Source: Bacteroidales bacterium (GTDB lineage: Bacteria > Bacteroidota > Bacteroidia > Bacteroidales > VadinHA17). Taken from it: a stretch of 64,000 nucleotides of DNA. The position numbers and the translations under genes are program-made. Below the pieces are notes generated by a model, which searched no databases, was not told the DNA's origin, and saw only the letters and a program-made list of their open reading frames with translations. The stretch's first letter is position 1. Every line of letters starts with the position of its first letter. This document shows positions 45,517 to 53,756 of this stretch, in pieces. Location: contig JBBRSO010000003.1 in assembly GCA_038245405.1 (NCBI GenBank), positions 3,300-67,299 on the forward strand, read 5' to 3'.

Positions 45517-46077
45517 CTACTTATCCTTCGGCAAATACGCCACGCTTGCCGGGATCCTGCTTATGGCATTTGACGGACAAGTTCTTGCTATCGAACAATC
45601 ATTGCAATTAACACAGATATCGTGCTGTATCTGCATATGCAACGACCCGTTTCCGAAGTCACCGCAACCCTTCACACATTTAGCACAGCCATCGCATAAT
45701 GTCTCATCAATGGTATATTCAAAATATGGTTCCTCCACAAATTTTCTTTTTATTGCACCTACGGGACATAACTGGTTTTCCGCTCCGGTACTGATAGTCT
45801 TGGCACCCTGCCTCAGATATCCCCCGCAAAGATCGCAATATCCACACATCCTGTACGCATGCATACATTTAGACGCAGAAGGTGTGAGCACACAGTTTGT
45901 CTTGCATTGACCGCACTGTGTGCATTTATGTGGATCGATCTGCCAGACATATCCGGTCAAATGAGTCTTTTTAATGAGAAAAGCAGGAATAATCACCAAT
46001 GGAGCTGCAACAATTATTTTCCCGGCTGTTCTCACAAAATCGCGCCGCGATTGATATTTATTCTTTTCCATATTCAT
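45517..46077 (-). CDS. Tat-exported NapG/MauM-like ferredoxin (four Cys clusters)
   Basis: Twin-arginine signal QSRRDFVRTAG plus a hydrophobic region. Cys motifs CTQCGQCKTNC, CGYCDLCGG...CPVGA, CDGCAKCVKGC and CVNCNDCSIARTCP. The track start TTG 46092 is replaced by ATG 46077 (46071 is also possible). Confidence 0.75.
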   Translation of the reverse strand: MNMEKNKYQSRRDFVRTAGKIIVAAPLVIIPAFLIKKTHLTGYVWQIDPHKCTQCGQCKTNCVLTPSASKCMHAYRMCGYCDLCGGYLRQGAKTISTGAENQLCPVGAIKRKFVEEPYFEYTIDETLCDGCAKCVKGCGDFGNGSLHMQIQHDICVNCNDCSIARTCPSNAISRIPASVAYLPKDK

Positions 46078-46118
46078 ATTAAAGAATTTCAATATTTAAA
46101 ATTCCATCTACAGGGTAT

Positions 46119-46150
46119 CAAAGTCCTCCTTGGGGGGATATAGGTGGTCC
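46119..46150. repeat. C/G-run hairpin element (partial copy)
   Basis: caaagtcctccttggggggatataggtggtcc, a homologue of caaagtccccccctggggggatttagggggttt at 46358-46390. Confidence 0.4.
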
Positions 46151-46155
46151 TGCAA

Positions 46156-46320
46156 TTAATATTTATTACAGTCAGTCTTGCCATTACAAATGCCTTTACC
46201 GGCACATGTATTACAATTATTCGCTGCAACAACCTTGTTTCCAAGTAAGAGTACAATCACTGCCATAATCATCAGCAGCACATATCTTCCGAGTTTTTTT
46301 AGCAGTTCGTTTCTGGTCAT
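46156..46320 (-). CDS. 54-aa peptide: Tat-like signal/anchor plus a 4-Cys tail
   Basis: MTRNELLKKLGRYVLLMIMAVIVLLLGNKVVAANNCNTCAGKGICNGKTDCNKY. TRNELLK resembles S/T-R-R-x-F-L-K. A hydrophobic core follows, then C-x2-C-x5-C-x5-C. Co-oriented between the ferredoxin and NHL genes. Coding status unproven. Confidence 0.4.
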   Translation of the reverse strand: MTRNELLKKLGRYVLLMIMAVIVLLLGNKVVAANNCNTCAGKGICNGKTDCNKY

Positions 46321-46334
46321 TTTCGTTTGTTTTA

Positions 46335-46390
46335 TCCCCACCCTGAAGGGCGGGGTTCAAAGTCCCCCCCTGGGGGGATTTAGGGGGTTT
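46335..46390. repeat. C/G-run double hairpin element
   Basis: tccccaccctgaagggcggggttcaaagtccccccctggggggatttagggggttt. It overlaps the stop of the NHL-like gene. Confidence 0.5.
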
Positions 46391-47306
46391 TACGGTTAAA
46401 TACATACAGCTTCGAATCCCCCGGATAGGCTGCATAGATAGTCTTTCCATCTATTGACGCCAAATCAAGCGGAACCGATTTGATAAAGTTATTATGTGAA
46501 CTCACAAACTCTACAAATTCTCCTTTCTTATCGAGAATTTTTATCCTGTTAATACCTTTTTCAGCAGTAACAAAGCCATCGGGCACAACTATAAAATGTG
46601 GTGGTGCGCAACAGCCGCAGAAATTGTTTGGTCCGGCACCAGGCTGTCCGAAATAGCTAAGCACATCGCCATTAATATTTCTGGTTTCGACTCTGTGTTT
46701 CCCTGTATTAGCCGTAAACAAATTATTATTCATGTCAAGTACTACCTCAAAATACGGACTAGGGATAGAAAACTGTTTATCACCCTGGCCAATCATTTTC
46801 TTTACCTCACCACCTTTGTCGAGTACGAATACAACTCTCGAGCCAGCATCGGCAAAAGCCACATACTTTTTATTTGCAGTAACTGACGTTATCAGGCTGC
46901 TGTCTTCAAATGGACCCCAGTCGCTGAGTAATTTCCCTCCTTTATCGATCACAAGGATCTGACTGGCTGTTGATGCGAATATTGAATCGCCGGAATTAGA
47001 CAGTGCAGTGACAGGTGCAGAAGTTTTTAAATTCCATATTAATCTGAGATTGCTATCGTAGCATGAAACAAAAGAATCTCCGCCAAGGTAGATCTTGCCA
47101 TCTGAAACAGATACTGCTTCCAGTTTGCCTTCATCAACCTTGAATTCTCTTGTGATTGCCCAGGCGTCGGGGATGACTGCACTATCCGGGTTTATTGTTT
47201 CGACCTTTTCCGAGCCTGATGATTTTGAAACATCAAAGATGATATACCCGATAAAAACAACTATAACCAGAACAGAAAGAACAGATATTAGTTTCTTGTT
47301 CATCAT
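46380..47306 (-). CDS. membrane-anchored NHL-like six-bladed beta-propeller protein
   Basis: About 308 aa from ATG 47306. N-terminal TM (LISVLSVLVIVVFIGYIIF), NHL-like blades (FSIPSPYFEVVLDMNNNLFTANTGKHRV) and an unusual FCGCCAPPHF segment. Confidence 0.65.
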   Translation of the reverse strand: MMNKKLISVLSVLVIVVFIGYIIFDVSKSSGSEKVETINPDSAVIPDAWAITREFKVDEGKLEAVSVSDGKIYLGGDSFVSCYDSNLRLIWNLKTSAPVTALSNSGDSIFASTASQILVIDKGGKLLSDWGPFEDSSLITSVTANKKYVAFADAGSRVVFVLDKGGEVKKMIGQGDKQFSIPSPYFEVVLDMNNNLFTANTGKHRVETRNINGDVLSYFGQPGAGPNNFCGCCAPPHFIVVPDGFVTAEKGINRIKILDKKGEFVEFVSSHNNFIKSVPLDLASIDGKTIYAAYPGDSKLYVFNRKTP

Positions 47307-47310
47307 GAGC

Positions 47311-48762
47311 TTATTTACCAATATTCAGGCATAATAAATTTCTCGCATCCCTCATTATGAGGTATTGACCCGCAATTGCCATCGGACCCCAGGCTTCAAT
47401 GCCCTTTAGTATCTTATGGCTTGCTATTAGAGTAACACTGTTATTATTAATCTTAAAAAAATATAATTGTCCGTCATCATCCAGCAGATAAAGCTTATCT
47501 CCGCTGACAATATATGGTCCGAGGCCTCTTCCAAACCTGTTTTCCTTGCCACTTGTCCATACAGGCTTCAGGAGATCTGATTTGTTGTAGCACACAAGCT
47601 GTTTCTTAAGAGGACCGGCATTCTCAGGGAGAACACTCCATATAAAATCGCCAACCAGGATAGGAGTTTGCTGGTCGCTGGTAAGCCCGTTTGATGCTTT
47701 ATGCTGTTCCTTGACGGAGGCAGAATATCCGGAACCGGTGCTGGTGATGGCTATTCTTGCTCCACCGGCGCCATAGCTTCCAAACACCACAATTTCGTTA
47801 TTTCCAAGGTAGAGAGGGGAGGCGGCTGTTGTAGCAGGGCTCCACTGGGTGGTAGTCCACATTAATTTACCTAAATCTCCGGACTCAGCTGAAACTCCGC
47901 AAACACCACCTACTGCGTTATATACATACATTCTTTTACCAGAAATATTCATAGGCATAATAGAGCCATGAGACATCCTGAGAGAGTCCTTATTAGGAGT
48001 CTGCCATACAATTTTTCCGGACTTACAGTCAACACCAATCATCAGAGCTTTTCCTCCGGGTGCAATAACTGCTATATCATTATCAATTAGCGGACACTGT
48101 CCCGAATAGAAATCTGGTGTTATCCTCCCTTTTTCGCTACCCTTGATCCCGAATTCAGTTTCCAGATCAATTGACCACAGCATAGAGCCTGTGACAGGGT
48201 CTACACACATAACATGAGAACGTGGGCCTATGGTAACTACATATTTATCAGTCACTGCAGGGATAGTTCGGGAATAACCATGATTTCTTTTCAACTCCAC
48301 ATTGTACCATCTTCTCCAAAGTTCTTTGCCTGATGCAAGGGAGAAACACCTGAGTGCATCCGCTTTTTTCCGTTCATTATAATCGAGAAGATAAACTCGG
48401 CCATTATGAACAACCGGTCCTGCATAGCCTTCACCAAGTGTGGTTTTCCAGATTATTGCCGGTCCTGTGGTATCCCATGATTCTGCAAGCTTAGTAGTGT
48501 CTTTGCTTATATTGTCTCTGTCGGGCCCCCTGAAGCCCGGCCAGTCTCCCGGCAATAACTGGTCAATCGTTCCCATTGTATCAAAGAATTCTCCTATGAT
48601 TACCGAATCGTTTTTAGCTTCCATTTTTGGACGGTCATCCATTCCCGGTACTCTCTCAGTAAATGCTTTAGCTGGTGAATTAACTAACCACCATCCGCCT
48701 GCGAAGGTAAAAACAAGCAGAATGATTATTATAAAATTGTTATTTCTTCTCCCGGCTAACAT
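47311..48762 (-). CDS. PQQ-like beta-propeller protein with N-terminal anchor, paralogue 3
   Basis: About 483 aa. TM anchor, then DWPGFRGPDRDN...GEGYAGPVVHNGRVYLLDY...LRCFSLASGKELW, clearly paralogous to 50144-51448. Confidence 0.75.
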   Translation of the reverse strand: MLAGRRNNNFIIIILLVFTFAGGWWLVNSPAKAFTERVPGMDDRPKMEAKNDSVIIGEFFDTMGTIDQLLPGDWPGFRGPDRDNISKDTTKLAESWDTTGPAIIWKTTLGEGYAGPVVHNGRVYLLDYNERKKADALRCFSLASGKELWRRWYNVELKRNHGYSRTIPAVTDKYVVTIGPRSHVMCVDPVTGSMLWSIDLETEFGIKGSEKGRITPDFYSGQCPLIDNDIAVIAPGGKALMIGVDCKSGKIVWQTPNKDSLRMSHGSIMPMNISGKRMYVYNAVGGVCGVSAESGDLGKLMWTTTQWSPATTAASPLYLGNNEIVVFGSYGAGGARIAITSTGSGYSASVKEQHKASNGLTSDQQTPILVGDFIWSVLPENAGPLKKQLVCYNKSDLLKPVWTSGKENRFGRGLGPYIVSGDKLYLLDDDGQLYFFKINNNSVTLIASHKILKGIEAWGPMAIAGQYLIMRDARNLLCLNIGK

Positions 48763-48770
48763 CAGCAATA

Positions 48771-50015
48771 TCAGGTGTTTTTAATATTATATACCCTCAG
48801 GACTTTGCCATGACGCATGTACAGTTTTTTATTATGAATAACGGGATGAGCCCAATAAGGTCCTGATCCTTTCGTGATCCTGAATGAACTGACAAGGTTA
48901 AATTTCGAAGGATCTGGTTTTACCAGACCTACATTACCCGATCTTTCATCATAGATATACAACATATCCTCGGCAGCAATTATTGAGCCTTTACATTTCC
49001 AATGCTCTTCGTATTTCTTTGCTCCGGTATTCCAATCTATGCAGCACCAGTTCCCATCACTGTTGCTAAGCCAGTTTGACCCATATATATAACCATTCAA
49101 CAACACAACACCACCATGATGAACATCGAGAACATTGTCTTTCCAGGCAACTGTAACATTATTTCCACCATCGGTGAGTTTAAGCATAAATGCTCCGTGA
49201 TCGTAGCCGCCGGTTATATAAATCATTCCATCTTTGTAAAGTGGTGTGACGCATTTTATGACTTCTGCTTTATCAGGATTAATATCAAGGTGTTTTACTT
49301 TCCAGATTATCTTACCGCTTGTTGGATCAACGGCAAAAACATAGCTGGCTGAGACATTAACTATAAATTTTCTTCCAGAATAATTGACTAAAAGTGGTGA
49401 AACATATGCCGGATTATCATTCAGGCTTGCTGATTTCCAAAGAAGCTTACCCGTGTTTTTATCTAAAGCAATCATCATTGTTTCTGGTCCTCCGGGGGTA
49501 AAGTATAATCTGTTACCATCAACAATCAGCGATTCTGCAATACCCCATGGTCCATAAGTGCCTTTATTAGTTTCACTTGCCTTTAGTGACCATATTATCG
49601 AGCCGTTTATAGCATCAATGCAAGCCAGATCACCGTATCCGCTACTGACATATACCTTGTTGCCCTCCACAGTTGGTGTACACCTGGTTTCAGGATATGA
49701 GCCATTCCATGAGCGTCCGTACGGAGCCTTCCATTTTATTTTGCCCGTTGTGTCCATTGAGACAAGAATATCCTTGTTATCACTTATACCGGTGATATAG
49801 ACTGAATTATTACCAAAGGTTACTGACGAGAAGCCCGAGGGCAAATCCTCATTCGACCACAACAGTGCGGGGCCATTTTCAGGCCATGATTTTAGCAGAC
49901 CTTTTTCAGAAGAGACTCCTGTGCGGTTATCTTCTCTCCATTCACTTATTTTCTGGGCAATTGTTAAATTAACAGTTGTAATAAAAATCAGAAAAATTAT
50001 TGACAGTTTCTTCAT
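48771..50015 (-). CDS. exported PQQ-like beta-propeller protein, paralogue 2
   Basis: 414 aa. Signal peptide and blades with GxIxWK/GKLLWK motifs. Ends ...GKVLRVYNIK. Confidence 0.75.
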   Translation of the reverse strand: MKKLSIIFLIFITTVNLTIAQKISEWREDNRTGVSSEKGLLKSWPENGPALLWSNEDLPSGFSSVTFGNNSVYITGISDNKDILVSMDTTGKIKWKAPYGRSWNGSYPETRCTPTVEGNKVYVSSGYGDLACIDAINGSIIWSLKASETNKGTYGPWGIAESLIVDGNRLYFTPGGPETMMIALDKNTGKLLWKSASLNDNPAYVSPLLVNYSGRKFIVNVSASYVFAVDPTSGKIIWKVKHLDINPDKAEVIKCVTPLYKDGMIYITGGYDHGAFMLKLTDGGNNVTVAWKDNVLDVHHGGVVLLNGYIYGSNWLSNSDGNWCCIDWNTGAKKYEEHWKCKGSIIAAEDMLYIYDERSGNVGLVKPDPSKFNLVSSFRITKGSGPYWAHPVIHNKKLYMRHGKVLRVYNIKNT

Positions 50016-50143
50016 TATTGAAAGTATATTAAGTTGAACGGCAAAATTATACTTTTTAATATATCTTCAAGTATTATGACTAAAACTTCCAGTTTAATTT
50101 TTCATCGAAGATCGCGGTAACCCCAGGAATGCAAATTCATCTG

Positions 50144-51448
50144 TTACTTAACAATTTTTACACACATCAGCCGGCTCTGATCCCTGATAAGGAGCTTGCC
50201 ATCTGCAAGTGCTGGAGGAGCCCAGTTCTGTGTTGAAAATTTTGGGTTAGCATTTGCATCCACAGCAAGCAATCCTGCTGTTGCAATAGGTTTATAGGCT
50301 GTGGGGTCAGGTTCAATAAGAACAAGGTTTTTACTACCATCGGTGGCAATTATTATCCCATCAGCAACAATCAGACCGCCTTTATCAAATAGGGGAGACC
50401 TTGAAGTTTTCCATTTGATCTTTCCGTCCATACTCATACAAACCAGACCATCTTTTCTTTCATTGGTAGTATATTGAGCATAGAAATTTCCATTACACAA
50501 AACCGGAGGCATTGTATGGGCTCCAAAATCAGGATTCTTAAAAAGTTCTGTAACTCCAAAACTGCCATCGGATTTTTTTTCAACTTTTATCATAGCAGCG
50601 CCAGCCTGATATCCTCCCGTGACCAGTATCTTACCATCACCGGCATCAACAACGCCCGGAACAGGAATAGAGCATTGCCAGTTAGTATATTCCCATAGAA
50701 TCTTACCAGTGAGCGGATCAATGCCAACTACTTTTCCGCCTGAACCTGTTTCACCATAACCAGCGCGTGATGATGCTGAGATCATAACAACCTGGCTAGC
50801 TCCGCCAATTTTTACAATTTCAGGACTAACATATCCAACCGCTCCAATTACCGGAGTAGTCCATTTTACCTTTCCCGTAAGCTTTTCGTATGCTACCACA
50901 CCTGCCTTGGGTGCCTGCGAAGCGAGTATCAACAGATCACCGTAAACAACAGGGCACTGGGTTATTGCCCAAGTCGGAATCTGACCACCGCCATAATCGG
51001 TCCAGACATTCTTTGTCCAAACAGGTTTGTGAGTATTTATATCGATACAATATAGATTACCGTATGGGCCGCATGTATAAATCATATTGCCATCAAGTGT
51101 TGGAACACTGCGTGAACCAGGGAACATAACTGACCCGGGAGCGCCATACGCAAAATTCCAGAGCTCTTTTCCACTCGTGAGATCAAAGCATCTTAGATTA
51201 TCTCCAACTTTGTCGTCACGGTCGAGAAGATATACCTTGCCGTTCCTGACAACCGGACCACCATAACCTATGCCCACATTAACAGTCCATAATACTTCGG
51301 GGCCTTTTGCGGGCCATGATCTGATAATGCCTTTCTGTGCAGACACTCCATTCCTTGTCGGACCAAGATACTGCGGCCAGTCCTGTGCTAATAAGTTTGT
51401 GCATAGTAATAAAAAAACGACAGGGATATAAATCTTAAGTGCTTTCAT
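50144..51448 (-). CDS. exported PQQ-like beta-propeller protein, paralogue 1
   Basis: 434 aa. Signal peptide (cleavage after LLAQ), then DWPQYLGPTRNG...GIGYGGPVVRNGKVYLLDR...LRCFDLTSGKELW. Confidence 0.75.
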   Translation of the reverse strand: MKALKIYIPVVFLLLCTNLLAQDWPQYLGPTRNGVSAQKGIIRSWPAKGPEVLWTVNVGIGYGGPVVRNGKVYLLDRDDKVGDNLRCFDLTSGKELWNFAYGAPGSVMFPGSRSVPTLDGNMIYTCGPYGNLYCIDINTHKPVWTKNVWTDYGGGQIPTWAITQCPVVYGDLLILASQAPKAGVVAYEKLTGKVKWTTPVIGAVGYVSPEIVKIGGASQVVMISASSRAGYGETGSGGKVVGIDPLTGKILWEYTNWQCSIPVPGVVDAGDGKILVTGGYQAGAAMIKVEKKSDGSFGVTELFKNPDFGAHTMPPVLCNGNFYAQYTTNERKDGLVCMSMDGKIKWKTSRSPLFDKGGLIVADGIIIATDGSKNLVLIEPDPTAYKPIATAGLLAVDANANPKFSTQNWAPPALADGKLLIRDQSRLMCVKIVK

Positions 51449-51577
51449 CGAGTTACGAATTTATTAAGTGTTTATTATTTAAAATACTCAGAATTATGAA
51501 ATATAAACATATGGTTAATTTAAATACATAGGTAATAGTTAAAGCTTAAAAAGAAAAATTCAGGAGTTAAGACGAAG

Positions 51578-51710
51578 TTGGGACACGAGGTTTTGGTAGG
51601 GACACGACATGTCGTGTCCCTACTATGATTAACAGAATTATCTGTAGGGACATCACATGTGATGTCCTTACAGCATTCGTCCATGTCTATACATCACATG
51701 TGATGTCCTC
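51578..51710. repeat. three palindromic elements (core GGACAYSACATGTSRTGTCC) in the divergent intergenic region
   Basis: A perfect 26-bp palindrome tagggacacgacatgtcgtgtcccta (51597-51622), a 28-bp palindrome gtagggacatcacatgtgatgtccttac with one mismatch (51644-51671), a third partial copy acatcacatgtgatgtcc (51691-51708), and a half-site at 51578-51590. Confidence 0.65.
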
Positions 51711-51888
51711 CATGGTTCGATTCAAATTCCAGAATAAATGACAGAATATGATTTTTGTCATATTAATATTATTTATTATTTTATGATAATTTGTAAAATT
51801 CATTCAGTTAAAATATTATTTTACTTAATTAATATGCATAATGAGTCAAATTAATTTACAATATGAATTGGAGTAATCAAATTTTTAT

Positions 51889-51896
51889 TAGTTTTG
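51889..51896 (+). promoter_or_regulatory. candidate Bacteroidetes sigma-A -7 box (TAnnTTTG) for asnB
   Basis: TAGTTTTG lies 54 nt upstream of ATG 51950. No clear -33 TTTG partner was seen. Confidence 0.3.
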
Positions 51897-51949
51897 TAAA
51901 TCTCAATTTTTGGAATATTAACTGATTGAATTGATATATATATAATAGT

Positions 51950-53617
51950 ATGTGTGGAATTATTGGTGTATTTGATCTGAAAGTAAATCATATGGAATTA
52001 AGGTCGACAGTCCTTAAAATGTCAAAAAGAGTAAGGCATCGCGGTCCGGACTGGTCGGGGATCTTTATTTGCGAAAAAGCCATATTGGCGCATGAACGTT
52101 TATCGATTGTCGATCCGCAATCGGGAAAACAACCATTATACAGCAAGGATTGCAATCTTATTCTTGCAGTGAACGGTGAGATTTATAACCACCAGGAGAT
52201 AAGAAAACGTTATGAAAAGACATATGAATTTCAGACTCATTCCGATTGTGAAGTAATTCTGCCACTTTACCGTGATAAGGGTCCGTCGTTCATCGAAGAG
52301 CTCAACGGAATATTTGCATTCGCGTTATACGACAAAGAAAAGGATTGCTATTTCATCGCCCGTGATCATATCGGTATAATACCGTTATATATAGGCTGGG
52401 ATTCATTCGGGAACTTTTATGTAGCATCTGAGCTCAAAGCTCTTGAAGGTGTATGCAATAAAATCCAGGAGTTCTTACCAGGTCATTACCTCTACAGCAA
52501 AGATGGCGTAATGACAAAATGGTATAAACGCGACTGGGAGGAATACTCATCTGTTGAAAAGAACGAAACAAGCATTGACGATCTGAGAGATGCTCTCGAA
52601 GCAGCTGTTCACCGTCAGTTAATGTCGGATGTTCCTTATGGTGTTCTTTTATCGGGTGGTCTCGATTCGTCAGTTGTCTCTGCAATTGCCAAGAAATTTG
52701 CTCCGAAAAGAATTGAGTCGCAGGATAAGAGTGAAGCGTGGTGGCCGCAGTTACACTCATTTGCAGTAGGACTTGAGGGTTCCCCTGATCTTGCAGCTGC
52801 AAGAAAGGTGGCTGATCATATCGGAACAATTCATCATGAAATAAATTTTACAATACAGGAAGGTCTTGATGCACTTAGAGACGTTATTTATCATATTGAG
52901 ACATATGATGTTACAACAATCAGGGCCTCCACACCGATGTATCTTCTAGCAAGAGTCATCAAATCTATGGGAGTAAAGATGGTCCTTTCCGGCGAAGGCT
53001 CTGATGAGATTTTCGGAGGATATCTGTATTTCCATAAAGCACCATCTCCAAAAGCTCTGCACGAAGAGACTGTAAGAAAAATAAGCAAACTTCATTTATA
53101 CGATTGTCTGAGAGCCAATAAATCGCTGGCTGCATGGGGTGTTGAAGGACGAGTTCCATTCCTCGATAAGGAATTTATGGATGTCGCCATGCGTCTGAAC
53201 CCAAAAGATAAAATGATAAACAAAGACCGTATGGAAAAATGGGTGCTGAGAAAAGCATTCGAAGACTACCTGCCGGCAAGTGTGACCTGGAGACAAAAGG
53301 AGCAGTTTTCTGATGGCGTAGGATATGGCTGGATCGATTCACTGAAGGCTCTTACTGCTAAGGAAGTTACTGATGAGCAGCTGGCAAACGCAAAATATCG
53401 TTTTCCTATTAACCCCCCAATGTCGAAAGAAGAATATTTCTACAGATGTATTTTTGCCGAGCATTTCCCGTCTGATTCGGCTGCTTCATGCGTACCATCA
53501 GTTCCATCCGTTGCATGCAGCACACCAGAAGCTCTGGCATGGGATGCATCCTTTAAGAATCTGAACGATCCTTCAGGAAGATCAGTTAAGAGCGTGCATG
53601 TGGATTCGTATAAGTAA
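51950..53617 (+). CDS. asnB: asparagine synthase (glutamine-hydrolysing)
   Basis: 555 aa. N-terminal nucleophile MCGI and the PP-loop SGGLDSS. Confidence 0.92.
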   Translation: MCGIIGVFDLKVNHMELRSTVLKMSKRVRHRGPDWSGIFICEKAILAHERLSIVDPQSGKQPLYSKDCNLILAVNGEIYNHQEIRKRYEKTYEFQTHSDCEVILPLYRDKGPSFIEELNGIFAFALYDKEKDCYFIARDHIGIIPLYIGWDSFGNFYVASELKALEGVCNKIQEFLPGHYLYSKDGVMTKWYKRDWEEYSSVEKNETSIDDLRDALEAAVHRQLMSDVPYGVLLSGGLDSSVVSAIAKKFAPKRIESQDKSEAWWPQLHSFAVGLEGSPDLAAARKVADHIGTIHHEINFTIQEGLDALRDVIYHIETYDVTTIRASTPMYLLARVIKSMGVKMVLSGEGSDEIFGGYLYFHKAPSPKALHEETVRKISKLHLYDCLRANKSLAAWGVEGRVPFLDKEFMDVAMRLNPKDKMINKDRMEKWVLRKAFEDYLPASVTWRQKEQFSDGVGYGWIDSLKALTAKEVTDEQLANAKYRFPINPPMSKEEYFYRCIFAEHFPSDSAASCVPSVPSVACSTPEALAWDASFKNLNDPSGRSVKSVHVDSYK

Positions 53618-53652
53618 AGGTGTAAAGGCACAAAGGCGTAACGGCACAATAC
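53613..53652 (+). repeat. octamer array (NNNAAAGG-like, x4-5) immediately after the asnB stop
   Basis: agtaaagg tgtaaagg cacaaagg cgtaacgg cacaatac, beginning within the asnB stop codon. Confidence 0.4.
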
Positions 53653-53660
53653 CGTTCATA

Positions 53661-53680
53661 AAGACACTCCGTCTTTTTTG
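53661..53680 (+). terminator. weak stem-loop plus T-run after asnB
   Basis: aagac-actcc-gtctt followed by tttttg. The stem is only 5-6 bp. Confidence 0.35.
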
Positions 53681-53756
53681 GCTTTCCTTTTCGTTATTTA
53701 ATTGATTCGAAGTCGGAGAATTATTCTATTTTTATGCACTCAACTGATACGTTTAT

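Noticed and set aside
37647-51448. Interpreting the propellers as genuine PQQ quinoprotein dehydrogenases, or the cluster as a nos (N2O reductase), nap, mau or hydrogenase locus
   Set aside because: The propellers are 370-560 aa BamB/PQQ_2-like proteins and lack the size and motifs of MxaF/XoxF-type dehydrogenases. I saw no pqqA-E, no CuA/CuZ His-rich motifs, no NapA molybdopterin protein, no TTQ light chain, no H-cluster domain and no CxxCH haem motifs in the exported proteins. The cluster is therefore kept as uncharacterised rather than assigned to a known system.
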